IMG/VR virus record: IMGVR_UViG_3300017917_003565
Span: 32,001 to 96,000 of that record
DNA length: 64,000 nucleotides
Origin: a virus
Reading direction: 5' to 3' (one strand)
The translations under genes were made by a program, and so were the position numbers. The stretch's first letter is position 1; the number at the start of each line of letters is the position of its first letter. This document shows, in pieces, positions 16,264-25,407 of the stretch. The notes below the pieces were generated by a model. It worked only from the letters and a program-made list of their open reading frames with translations, was not told the origin of the DNA and ran no database searches.

Positions 16264-17706
16264 TCAAAACTTGGGTCGAGGATTAGGTCGGTAGAGATCC
16301 ATCTTGCCTTCGACCAGTTCGGACAAGATATTCATAACTTTGAAACTGATGGCAGTGTGAGAAGTGATGCCCTGTTGATGCATCTTGCCCAACACATATT
16401 GATGCCAAGCTGGACCATCGGGGTGATGATTTAAGTTGTTGGGGATCTTGAGTATTTCTGGATTGATTTTGTCTGCATGGAACATAACCGAACTCAAATC
16501 ATCGGCTTCGCGTCCATCAAATGTGATGAATTCATCCAGCTCGGTCCCTACATTGATGTGCATGATATCTCGTGCCAGCTTGGCATCCAGTAAATATTCC
16601 CATCCGATGTCACGCCAGTGCAATCTGCGCATGTCTTCAGACGTGTCTTCGTCCATGAGAGGATGATAAAATTTTACCGGCCGCTGATTCAGAGCAAATC
16701 GATTCCTTGCTATATGGTGTTTGTAATCCAAAGGAACTCTGGGTCTTTCTAGACTGATTTCCGGTCTCCACTGCTCGGTAACATGCTCTCGAGCATAGAT
16801 TGGATAGCGAGTCATTTCTTCAAACTCTGCATAGTCATGTCCGGCCAACAATAGGTCATCCATGAACAAAATCCAATGCAACAGGCTTTCATTGCCTAGG
16901 TGTCCGCCAATGTGTGCTCCGTCTGGATATTTGACCAACATGTCAGCTGTGCTGTAGCACTGAACAAACTCGAACTCATAATGGTTAAACAATCGAAGAT
17001 AATCTTCAAGAGTTACAGTTTCTTCAATGATGCCTCCTACTCTACCGGCCATGTGTTTCCATAAAGCTTCACGTGCTTGTATTTTTTCTGGATTCAAAAA
17101 TGCCTGATTAGGACGCCACAATGGTGAAACTTCTGGTAGGTTTCTAAAATACAACAGAGTGGTCTTTTTTTCGTAGCCCAGTTTCATAATAAAACTCAAG
17201 CATACCAAGCTGTCAATGCCGCCGCTGTAGTGCAGATACACTTTGTCATGCATGGCATATATCTTGTGAAACTCCTCGATACAGCGTTTGTACATCCGCT
17301 CAGTGTATTCGTCTAGGCTGAGATTTTTTTCAATCAAACTGACTTCGATGTGTTCATGTGTGACTAAGAATCTATAGCTGGCTGTGGGTATAACCCAGTC
17401 TCTAAAAACAGTGCCAGTGCGGTAGTCAAACGACACTATCAGTGGAAAGTTGGCTGCGCTGAAATACATGCATCTTTCAATGCGCTCGTTCTTTAACTTG
17501 CGGAAATCGTTGGTGAGATACAGATCATCTCCATCTACTCGAGCAAAAATCTTGTCACCACGTGTCAGATCATAGTTCTGGTACAGACCAGGTGGAACAT
17601 TGGCTGCATTACGATATTTTTGCAGTTTGAGTGCTTGGTGCCGCATGGGTTTTGGCGGCCGACATTTAGGCTTCCATTGGTAGCTTGGATCGATTAAATC
17701 AGACAC
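16264..17706 (-). CDS. PP-loop (adenine nucleotide alpha-hydrolase / asparagine-synthase-like) protein
   Basis: VYLHYSGGIDS PP-loop; G..GNE motif; TAAATA at 17734-17739. Confidence 0.6.
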   Translation of the reverse strand: MSDLIDPSYQWKPKCRPPKPMRHQALKLQKYRNAANVPPGLYQNYDLTRGDKIFARVDGDDLYLTNDFRKLKNERIERCMYFSAANFPLIVSFDYRTGTVFRDWVIPTASYRFLVTHEHIEVSLIEKNLSLDEYTERMYKRCIEEFHKIYAMHDKVYLHYSGGIDSLVCLSFIMKLGYEKKTTLLYFRNLPEVSPLWRPNQAFLNPEKIQAREALWKHMAGRVGGIIEETVTLEDYLRLFNHYEFEFVQCYSTADMLVKYPDGAHIGGHLGNESLLHWILFMDDLLLAGHDYAEFEEMTRYPIYAREHVTEQWRPEISLERPRVPLDYKHHIARNRFALNQRPVKFYHPLMDEDTSEDMRRLHWRDIGWEYLLDAKLARDIMHINVGTELDEFITFDGREADDLSSVMFHADKINPEILKIPNNLNHHPDGPAWHQYVLGKMHQQGITSHTAISFKVMNILSELVEGKMDLYRPNPRPKF

Positions 17707-17764
17707 AGTGGGGGATTCTCCGGATTGCGTTGGTATTTAACTTTTGTTGCCGCCCGGACAAAAA

Positions 17765-18832
17765 TTACTGTTTGGGTCGGCCAATGTATTCGTGGCTATA
17801 GCACACTCGATGAGCATCACGAGCCGTAGTGGTGCCACCATAGCCGGGCATGGCTCGTACAGTGCCGTCTTTTTTGATGTAACTGGCTGCACGGCTTTTA
17901 CGATTGGTCGAAGTCGGCCGCCATAGAGGTGAATGCTCTCGGTGCTCGCCAAAGCTGGGATGAGCAGTTTTTGAAAAATATCTAAGGCCACGATCCACAT
18001 ATATCTGAGCAATGGCATCACTGAAAGCAGTACCTATTCCCATACCTTGGAACTCAGGTAGCACAACTGTTCTATGACCGCGCCAGTATGAGTGTATGTC
18101 TCTGTTGGTGGAATGTATGGCAGCATGGAAGGCCACAGGTTTGTCGCCAATAAGTCCCACATAGCAATGGACTGATCGACTCATTCTAGTATCTAGATAG
18201 TGATATTTTGAGAAATATCGCCAATAGTCCGGAGTTGTGCTTCGGATGGTGAGTGTGATCTTTGGTCGCCCCAATCGAAGAAGTGACCTCCGATTATCTA
18301 ATACCTGTAGGTCGGTATCATACACCCAGTCTGGATCCAGCCAGTCTATTATGTCTCTGTGACAACTAGCGATATACAACACGCCAGGATTGCGGTCAAA
18401 ATACTTACGAACGCTTAATGCCAAACTTTTGGCAGTATCACGATCAACCACCGATGTAAACTCGTCAATGATCGTGTGTCCTTGATCCAGGCCCATGGCG
18501 ATTTCAAATCTATGAAACTCACCATTGCTCAGAGTACTGGGTTTACGGAACCAAGCAGGTATGGTTCTCAGACCACAAGCAAGTAACAGTTCTTCGCCAC
18601 GTTCAGGTGTACTAAAGTTTTCAATAACTGTTTTATCATAATCAATATCAAAGTCAACATCAAAAGGCTTTGGATTATCTACAGTTCGAAGAATTGTAGT
18701 CTTGCCTGACCCCGAAGTTCCTACGATCAACACAATGCCTTGGGTAGGTAACTTGGGAATGACTATGTTGGGTTCAACATAGTCCTTGATATCATAGCGT
18801 TGTTTGATTTCGTCAAGATAGTTGCCAGGCAT
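17765..18832 (-). CDS. ABC-type ATPase fused to a GNAT acetyltransferase
   Basis: Walker A GTSGSGKT, signature LSNGE, Walker B IIDEFTSVVDR, SCH; C-terminal FSKYHYL and RTVVLPEFQGMGIG acetyl-CoA motif. Confidence 0.85.
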   Translation of the reverse strand: MPGNYLDEIKQRYDIKDYVEPNIVIPKLPTQGIVLIVGTSGSGKTTILRTVDNPKPFDVDFDIDYDKTVIENFSTPERGEELLLACGLRTIPAWFRKPSTLSNGEFHRFEIAMGLDQGHTIIDEFTSVVDRDTAKSLALSVRKYFDRNPGVLYIASCHRDIIDWLDPDWVYDTDLQVLDNRRSLLRLGRPKITLTIRSTTPDYWRYFSKYHYLDTRMSRSVHCYVGLIGDKPVAFHAAIHSTNRDIHSYWRGHRTVVLPEFQGMGIGTAFSDAIAQIYVDRGLRYFSKTAHPSFGEHREHSPLWRPTSTNRKSRAASYIKKDGTVRAMPGYGGTTTARDAHRVCYSHEYIGRPKQ

Positions 18833-19766
18833 CCGAATATTCCATTATGCTGTCAAAGGTGTTTTTGGGAGTGGGCATGATGCTGGGACTATACAACAAA
18901 ATTTCTTGTGCGGACTTGGCGGTGCGCACTGTTTTATCATCTTTCTCTTCCGTGGCTCTGCGTCCAGCAGTGTACTTGATGTCGTAGTAGTTGATTGATA
19001 AATGCCCTCGGTTGGAGGTATAAAACGTGTCGGTGTCTCCGGCCATGCGATTGCAATACATGACCAGGTGTCCGGCTAAATCTGCTGATTTGCAAAAATC
19101 TATGAGCTTGACATGTGCCGTGTCATCAAACGTGGTACCGTACTGTGTGAAACTGTCTCGATATGGTGGATCAAAAAAGTAAAACGCACGGCCTGGAACT
19201 TGATCCACACAACTTTCCCAGGATCCGCTGTGTATAGTCACTCGTTGCAAGAAAGCATGCCATTCCATGACATTGGCTCGATCATACACTGATCCGCGAT
19301 GATTCAACAGGCCCGATGGGGTACAGAAACGACCTTTGGCTTCTTTGGTGCTTTGCCATATGCCGTTGAATGCTGTTTTCATAAGGAAGTATAAACATGC
19401 GCTCTGGCGAGTGGGCGACCAGCTGGCCCAGTCAGTGATGTATTCTTTGCGTATCTGATAGTAGTAGGCCTTGCGGGCGTTGGCATCCATGGGCAGATAG
19501 GTGTTGCAATAGGCATCACATTCTTGTAGGAACACAGCCACATCGTTGCGTATGGCACGATACAGACCCACAATCTCTTCATTGATGTCATTGAGAACAA
19601 AGTTTTGAACCGTGGGATTGTTTTCATATACATGGATCATCATGGCACCGCCGCCAAAGAATGGTTCCACGTAGGTGTCGTATCCGCTGAGAGGTAGCCC
19701 TGGGGCTTCCTGATACTTGGGTATCATTTTGCTCTTGCCGCCGGCCCACATGTACAATGGTTTCAT
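18813..19766 (-). CDS. DNA adenine methyltransferase, Dam/D12 family
   Basis: W.GGK, YVEPFFGGG, LNDIN, FNG, FFDPPY, ..QY. Confidence 0.92.
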   Translation of the reverse strand: MKPLYMWAGGKSKMIPKYQEAPGLPLSGYDTYVEPFFGGGAMMIHVYENNPTVQNFVLNDINEEIVGLYRAIRNDVAVFLQECDAYCNTYLPMDANARKAYYYQIRKEYITDWASWSPTRQSACLYFLMKTAFNGIWQSTKEAKGRFCTPSGLLNHRGSVYDRANVMEWHAFLQRVTIHSGSWESCVDQVPGRAFYFFDPPYRDSFTQYGTTFDDTAHVKLIDFCKSADLAGHLVMYCNRMAGDTDTFYTSNRGHLSINYYDIKYTAGRRATEEKDDKTVRTAKSAQEILLYSPSIMPTPKNTFDSIMEYSDAWQLS

Positions 19767-20647
19767 TAGGTATTTAATCTAGGGTTTACTGTGAGAATAA
19801 AATTGCTTTCATAGGCCTCGGCTATGTCTTTGGTAGAGTAGGCATTGGCCAACATGTCAAGAGCTAGATCCTTGGCTTCTGGCTTGTCCTCTCTACTGAC
19901 TCGCACCCAGGCCTGTGCCAATGGATCACGCTTGTTTTGCAAGATTTCCATGAATTGATCATCGATGCTGTTGAGCTTTTGTTTGACCAGAATATCTGCC
20001 ATGATCTGCTCAGGAGTGAGAGTTTCTTCAAACAGTGACAAGAAATGATTGGTGCGAACCTTGCTGTCAAGATAGGGCTTGATATCATTGAATTTGAGAT
20101 CGTCTAGTTTCAGTGTGGACCTCATGATTTCAAAGATTTGTTCTTGACTGAATCCGTCGGGTGCATAATGCCATTTGACATTTGAGCCATGGATGATTTC
20201 CATGTTGGTACCATGTCTGTGCAACACTTCTCCTTGGGCCGCACCAGCACCGGTGGCAAAGGTCACATATTCGCAATCAGGGTTGATCGCGGTACAAATG
20301 TCATGATTGGTGCCCCAGCGTTCAATAGCATTGCCACCGGTGCCTTGATGCTTGGCTTCAAACACACATTTGAGTCGACGGTTTTTCACTGTTCTATCAC
20401 CATCAAACCACATGCCGCCGTCGGGCACACAGCCTAACGTGATGCCCATGGACACCAGTTCTGGCAATCCAGCACGATCTCTCACGCTTTCGCTGATACG
20501 GTCACTGGTGAGATTCCTATGACCTTGTTCATAATGATATCGTTTTTGGGCCAAGGCAATGGCCTGCGAAACCACTCGGACATCGCCGTCGAGTTTTTTG
20601 GATTCTGCGCTGCCTGCTTCGGTACCTTTTTGTATGCCACCTGCCAT
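19766..20647 (-). CDS. EcoRI-family restriction-endonuclease-like protein
   Basis: PDGG ... EAKHQG ... GNAIER matches the EcoRI catalytic (PD..EAK) and recognition (GNAIER) motifs. Confidence 0.75.
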   Translation of the reverse strand: MAGGIQKGTEAGSAESKKLDGDVRVVSQAIALAQKRYHYEQGHRNLTSDRISESVRDRAGLPELVSMGITLGCVPDGGMWFDGDRTVKNRRLKCVFEAKHQGTGGNAIERWGTNHDICTAINPDCEYVTFATGAGAAQGEVLHRHGTNMEIIHGSNVKWHYAPDGFSQEQIFEIMRSTLKLDDLKFNDIKPYLDSKVRTNHFLSLFEETLTPEQIMADILVKQKLNSIDDQFMEILQNKRDPLAQAWVRVSREDKPEAKDLALDMLANAYSTKDIAEAYESNFILTVNPRLNT

Positions 20648-20673
20648 AAATCACCCTTTATAGTCTTTCTGCT

Positions 20674-20702
20674 AGTTTAACACAGAGTGATTTTTTGGTC
20701 AA
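20674..20702 (-). promoter_or_regulatory. Promoter of the nuclease-methylase operon
   Basis: TTGACC-17-TAAACT. Confidence 0.55.
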
Positions 20703-20944
20703 CCACCATATTTCAGCAGACACAACGTGTATTTCTGGGAATCAATGATTTCGGGTTCCCCAGTAATACCACCATCCTCGTCATAGATCGGTCGGAATCC
20801 ATGTTGAGCTTCGCACCAATCCCAAAAGTTCCAATCAGTAGGATGATCTAACATGACCTTGCCTAGCATAGCCCAGTAGGCTTTACTATCGCCCACTACG
20901 GTGTCTAATCGTGCCGCCCGGTCTCGATAGAGATCATCGTTCAT
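20699..20944 (-). CDS. Hypothetical protein
   Basis: Coupled ORF; ends YTLCLLKYG. Confidence 0.6.
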   Translation of the reverse strand: MNDDLYRDRAARLDTVVGDSKAYWAMLGKVMLDHPTDWNFWDWCEAQHGFRPIYDEDGGITGEPEIIDSQKYTLCLLKYGG

Positions 20945-21254
20945 TGGGCCACCTTAGTTGAAAGAAGTTGAGTTCCTTGTCGGTGGCCAAGAAAAAATAA
21001 AATAGGTTATATTTGCTAGGATTGTCCCATGCCCAGTGTGGGTTTACTGTGTAACCATGATGTTCTAGGTAACCATGGTAACGTGCCTCGCAACTGTGTC
21101 CCCAGGTATCTGTGCACCAATTTTTCATGCGACGATACAGGTCTATCTTGGCAGGAAAATCTCGTAACTCGCCATCGTTGATGTGTATGCGATACCGAGC
21201 AAAATGACTTCCTGTGTATCTGCGATCTATAAGTTTGATATCGTAGTTTTTCAT
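20934..21254 (-). CDS. Hypothetical protein ('F.L(R/K)W' family)
   Basis: WC..TWG ... ELNFFQLRW. Confidence 0.65.
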   Translation of the reverse strand: MKNYDIKLIDRRYTGSHFARYRIHINDGELRDFPAKIDLYRRMKNWCTDTWGHSCEARYHGYLEHHGYTVNPHWAWDNPSKYNLFYFFLATDKELNFFQLRWPNER

Positions 21255-21264
21255 TTTGTTCACA

Positions 21265-21495
21265 TGCTCTGCCAGGGCCGGCGGTTACTATAGAAGCAAT
21301 CTGTGCCACAACCAGTTGGTGGCACGTCTTGGTTGCCCGATGGGGCTCAGCAAGACAGGATTAACAACCTCGCCATCCGCTTCACGGCGCCCTGCGTTAT
21401 CGTATTGCCAACGCCAGTTGGGTTTGACTGGGACCACCCGTAGTTCGCTAAAACCACTATCATGCGGGTCACACTAGACAGGCGCTACCTGTCAC
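21265..21495 (-). ncRNA. Candidate structured ncRNA (about 230 nt)
   Basis: No credible ORF; about 9 consecutive stems. Confidence 0.6.
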
Positions 21496-21501
21496 GAACC
21501 A

Positions 21502-21696
21502 TTAGTGGAGAGTGTCTCCACCATCCACACCCCAAAATACCGATCCACCAGCATCATGAAGATCCTGCATTTTTTTGTTCATTACGGCTTCCTGTACTCT
21601 TAGTAATACTTCATCTATCTCGTCCTGTGTCAACATGCTTTCCGGCAACTTGCCTTCTAACACTGCCCAAATAATCATTTCTCTATCTTCGGTCAT
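21502..21696 (-). CDS. Hypothetical protein
   Basis: AGGA RBS; gene packing. Confidence 0.6.
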   Translation of the reverse strand: MTEDREMIIWAVLEGKLPESMLTQDEIDEVLLRVQEAVMNKKMQDLHDAGGSVFWGVDGGDTLH

Positions 21697-21704
21697 GCCA
21701 GTTC

Positions 21705-22121
21705 CTATCTACAATCACATTTCATCAATCGTTGGTCTCGATGTCTGCGCCAGACAGCATCCAGATCATCTGCACGGAATATCTTGTCAAACAATCGGTC
21801 AGTAATGCCTTCTACACCAGCATAGACGATTTCTTGTGTGCCTTCCCACCATTCGTAGTCAAGATTCCACTTTGGTATCAGAGACCCACGGGCGTCGCTG
21901 TCATGCATGGGCACTATGTTGCGCCACTGTAGCATGAGGCGGTCCAAGGTTTCCTGCCAATACCAACGGCTCCATTCCGAACTAGCACGGCCCAGAGCTT
22001 CTCGGGCCGCATCCAATCTCAAACCAAGATTTTCCATTTCCAAGCCTATCATGCGCCAGTTACGCAGATCTGCTTGCACAGCCACAAACTCTATAGGGGT
22101 TGACTTGGCAAATAGGTTCAT
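21705..22121 (-). CDS. Hypothetical protein
   Basis: Downstream of TTGACC (22152-22157). Confidence 0.6.
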   Translation of the reverse strand: MNLFAKSTPIEFVAVQADLRNWRMIGLEMENLGLRLDAAREALGRASSEWSRWYWQETLDRLMLQWRNIVPMHDSDARGSLIPKWNLDYEWWEGTQEIVYAGVEGITDRLFDKIFRADDLDAVWRRHRDQRLMKCDCR

Positions 22122-22157
22122 GATTTTAGTTTACTATACACAGTGGTTCCTGGTCAA

Positions 22158-22424
22158 TCAAGACCATTTCATTACGAATGCCAGACAATCTCTTTCATCG
22201 TCAAAGAAAAAACAGTAGCGTCCGGGTTTGATGTCTGAACTCATTTCTATCAACTGCCAGCGCCATTCACCAATGATTTCGCTTTTGCACCAGCTCAGCA
22301 CAGTTTCTATCGCGCCAAAAGGTTTGATGATTTCTTGTGCATAGCGGAAACTGTCACGATCTCTGACCCAATCCATCGGTGGCATCTGTGGATCGGGCTT
22401 GACTTTGCTTTTAAGCTGGGTCAT
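22158..22424 (-). CDS. Hypothetical protein ('F.L(R/K)W' family)
   Basis: WC......W.W ... Y.FFF.DERD..AF.MKW. Confidence 0.65.
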   Translation of the reverse strand: MTQLKSKVKPDPQMPPMDWVRDRDSFRYAQEIIKPFGAIETVLSWCKSEIIGEWRWQLIEMSSDIKPGRYCFFFDDERDCLAFVMKWS

Positions 22425-22812
22425 AGATCAATCTATTGACGTGTTGCTTGGGTATACCCCAGAAATCATAGCTGTCTATGATGTCACGCACATAACCAGA
22501 ACTAGGTGTGCCAGTTTTTGGATCATTCATTTCATAGAAGAAAAACTGTATGCCATCTTGTATCCAGGTACGTTTAACATAATAATATGGAAAACCTTCA
22601 AAATGATCCAGAGACTGTTCACAATCACGAGTAAGGCTCCACAACACACCCGGGCATTCGGCACCTGGCCGAGGTTCAATGGTGGCATGGCAGTAAAACT
22701 TCAGTTCCCAATCACGCAACATAAACGCACCCTTGGCTTGAGCTTGTGGGCATCTCCAATGCATCTGTCCTGGATGCATGTTAGCACCATAGGCAAAATA
22801 TAAGTTTTCCAT
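22411..22812 (-). CDS. Gamma-glutamylcyclotransferase family protein
   Basis: YFAYGANM...QM..RCP, GVLW, LD.FEG.P..Y, PS..Y. Confidence 0.85.
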   Translation of the reverse strand: MENLYFAYGANMHPGQMHWRCPQAQAKGAFMLRDWELKFYCHATIEPRPGAECPGVLWSLTRDCEQSLDHFEGFPYYYVKRTWIQDGIQFFFYEMNDPKTGTPSSGYVRDIIDSYDFWGIPKQHVNRLIYDPA

Positions 22813-23051
22813 CAGCGTACGACCTCTCCAAACTTCAATCTAAAAAGCACAGCATCACGATCAGATCTGAAACTATAGATCATGCGATGTTCATCTATGT
22901 CAGTGATGTACCTGTCGCCAGGTAAACCAAACAACTCCAGGGCCTGGGCAGTCATTTCATTCCAGTTGTGCCAAGTTGTGCTCCAAGGCACGCAACAATG
23001 ATGAACATATTCAGGATCGCGCAAGATATGTTTTTTTGATATAGTCATCAC
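22812..23051 (-). CDS. Hypothetical protein ('F.L(R/K)W'-like family)
   Basis: FGLPGDRY ... F....DAVLFRLKF. Confidence 0.6.
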   Translation of the reverse strand: MMTISKKHILRDPEYVHHCCVPWSTTWHNWNEMTAQALELFGLPGDRYITDIDEHRMIYSFRSDRDAVLFRLKFGEVVR

Positions 23052-23262
23052 ACCAATCTATTCCCCCCGGAGCATAATACAGATGATTGTCAGTGATGTT
23101 GAAATGATTGCAAAAGCTCTGTCCGTATCTAATGCCATGCAGGGCTTCCCAGGTGTAATCCTTCTTCCACTGCTCAAAGTCTTCAAGATCTATGGGCGCA
23201 CGTGGTACACCTGATCGATCGGAAAAGGCCACAAACTGTTCAAAAACTTTTGCTCCGGTCAT
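23011..23262 (-). CDS. Hypothetical protein
   Basis: RYGQSFCN.F motif; TAATG coupling. Confidence 0.6.
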   Translation of the reverse strand: MTGAKVFEQFVAFSDRSGVPRAPIDLEDFEQWKKDYTWEALHGIRYGQSFCNHFNITDNHLYYAPGGIDWCDDYIKKTYLARS

Positions 23263-23492
23263 TACAATATCCTTAGTAAACCATAAAAGTATGCCAACAA
23301 CAATCCAGCATTGACTACGACCAAACTCCATTCACGCCATACTATAGCGGTGATCAGCCAACACACTAGTCCAAGATTCCACAGATAAATGCTGGCAGGA
23401 TACAAGCCCTCCACAATGGTCAATGCTGCCATCAGTGTTACAGCAGTACTGAACCATTTCATTTTTTCTGTCACAGACAGATCTGTATTCAT
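23262..23492 (-). CDS. Small membrane protein (paralogue of 14266-14496)
   Basis: KW.ST...L ... NLG...W...A..WRE.SL.VVN.GLL..Y. Confidence 0.7.
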   Translation of the reverse strand: MNTDLSVTEKMKWFSTAVTLMAALTIVEGLYPASIYLWNLGLVCWLITAIVWREWSLVVVNAGLLLAYFYGLLRIL

Positions 23493-23983
23493 TATACTAC
23501 AGGATCCCCATTGTTGTCAACTTCAATCCAAGTGTAATCTCCCAACCATTTGACCCTAGCTATGTATTGATAGTGATCCGGGGCACCTGTGCTCCATTGT
23601 GTAGGACCAAGATGCGTGAGTATAGTCGCTCCTAGTTTGTTGTCGTATGCCAACCAATAGATCTGATTATGATATACCTGGAACTGGTATCGAGCGGCAT
23701 GGACAGCATCAGTTATCTCAAGCCTGCGCCGTATACTATTGGCCTGTTTTTGCAAAACAGCCACCAAAGACATGATCCTATCGTATTCTTGCTGAGCGTG
23801 TAAACGGGCCACGTTAAGCATGATGTCTTTTTGTTTTTCAACTGGTACCAGATCAAAAGCCGGAGCACCAACCTCCACAGGATAAGGCGTAGATGTACGG
23901 TTGATGAACTCCACCAGACTATTGCCCATGGTGGCATCGAAACTGGTGCGACCTTTGGCACGATTGCTAGATTCTTCACTCAA
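23492..23983 (-). CDS. DUF2452-like protein
   Basis: PYP.EVG.P.F, coiled coil, A.Y.F......IY.L, D.TW. Confidence 0.65.
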   Translation of the reverse strand: MSEESSNRAKGRTSFDATMGNSLVEFINRTSTPYPVEVGAPAFDLVPVEKQKDIMLNVARLHAQQEYDRIMSLVAVLQKQANSIRRRLEITDAVHAARYQFQVYHNQIYWLAYDNKLGATILTHLGPTQWSTGAPDHYQYIARVKWLGDYTWIEVDNNGDPVV

Positions 23984-24680
23984 AAGTCAACTCCGGTCGA
24001 ACCACCTTCCAGAAATAAAAGTCATTCTGGCGATCATGCCCCAGTAGCCATTGCCCATTAAGCCGTAGTGTAGATTTAGTGTCCCACACATGTTCTACTA
24101 CGCTACGCAAGGGATTGTCGTAGGCCACAGACCACTGCACAGGATGTCCTGATGTTTCATCATGGAACCAATATTCCATGACTTCTCGACCTCGTCGGCT
24201 GTGGAAGATACGGCTGTGTTTACGGAGTTGTTTGGTGTGCCCTTCACGTAGGATAGACGGCGTGGCATCATTCAGTGTGGGTTGGATCAAGGTCTGTTCG
24301 ATCAAGGTAATCCGCTGAATATCTTCTACATAGAAGTAAGGCAAGCGATAGATCATGCCACGATGGCATTCTCTCATGATACCACCGTTGCAGATGTCAT
24401 AAAGATCACGACTAAACTGGCTAGGCTCGGTGTTGGATTTCAGTGCTCGTACGGCCAACTTGTTGCGATAATATTTACGAGTTGCATCAGCCATTTCTCG
24501 ATCATGATCATGAGCTTCAATATCAGACCAGTCTACCCAACGCCGGTTGGGAAACTTGGTCCACACATGATATGCCGCCCACGACAACGCCAAGGGATCG
24601 GCTTTTTCAGTCAAGGGCCTGCGATCTTGTGCTCGTTGCTGTATCTCGTATTCTTCCAAAAAAGTTTCTGTATCTGCCAT
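23976..24680 (-). CDS. Hypothetical protein
   Basis: YY..KL...L......S.F...L ... G...RLPYFY.ED. Confidence 0.65.
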   Translation of the reverse strand: MADTETFLEEYEIQQRAQDRRPLTEKADPLALSWAAYHVWTKFPNRRWVDWSDIEAHDHDREMADATRKYYRNKLAVRALKSNTEPSQFSRDLYDICNGGIMRECHRGMIYRLPYFYVEDIQRITLIEQTLIQPTLNDATPSILREGHTKQLRKHSRIFHSRRGREVMEYWFHDETSGHPVQWSVAYDNPLRSVVEHVWDTKSTLRLNGQWLLGHDRQNDFYFWKVVRPELTFE

Positions 24681-24681
24681 A

Positions 24682-25407
24682 TCAGTCCCACAATCCTTCG
24701 TAGTATTTGCCAAACAGTCGGAATCCGTTAGAGATGCGTTTTTGCACAGCCTCCATGCCTTCACGATCCCAATAACTGGTGTCGTTTGGACCTCGCTTCA
24801 TTTCGTAATACTTGTGTTCGCCCTTGGGCACTTCGTTGCCATCCTTGTCCACCGGAATCCACAGCAGGTCGATTTCACCTGAATGGAATTCGCTTTGCCA
24901 GTCGTCCTCGTTTTTCTTTTCAAAGGCAAAAATCATTTCGTCCAGGACCCAGTCCCAGCGCAGGAAGTGATTATCATCTGTGTCGTATTCGTTTTCCTTG
25001 GGTGGCGCGGCTGTGCTACGCAAGTGTTCGGGCACATCCTCGTCGTCTACCATAGGAGCGCCATGCTTGGTCGCTTTGAGTTGTCGCAACATGGGCAACA
25101 CGATGGAAGCCAAGGTCGAATCCATTGACCAGGTATCCCAGCGATCGATACGGACATATTCGACACGAGGATGGATCGTGTCTAGAACGCGGTTGATAAA
25201 CCCAGATACGGGCGTTAACCGGTCGGCCCAGCGATCTACCCACTCAGGATGATCCACCCATTGGCTTTTTTCTCGCTTTTCATCTTCTAGAGTTTGTGTC
25301 AAAGTCCATCGACCGCACTTGCTCCAGTCTGTCCAAAAGAATACGCATTCGATGATCTTATAAGGCGAGATCCAGTGATTGCGGTAGTTTGATTTATAAA
25401 CTTTCAT
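24682..25407 (-). CDS. Conserved T4-like phage protein
   Basis: IDRWDTWSMD.TL..I..PML.QLK..KHGAP.VD.EDVP ... RW.WVLDEMIFAF ... GF.LFGKYY..LWD. Confidence 0.75.
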   Translation of the reverse strand: MKVYKSNYRNHWISPYKIIECVFFWTDWSKCGRWTLTQTLEDEKREKSQWVDHPEWVDRWADRLTPVSGFINRVLDTIHPRVEYVRIDRWDTWSMDSTLASIVLPMLRQLKATKHGAPMVDDEDVPEHLRSTAAPPKENEYDTDDNHFLRWDWVLDEMIFAFEKKNEDDWQSEFHSGEIDLLWIPVDKDGNEVPKGEHKYYEMKRGPNDTSYWDREGMEAVQKRISNGFRLFGKYYEGLWD

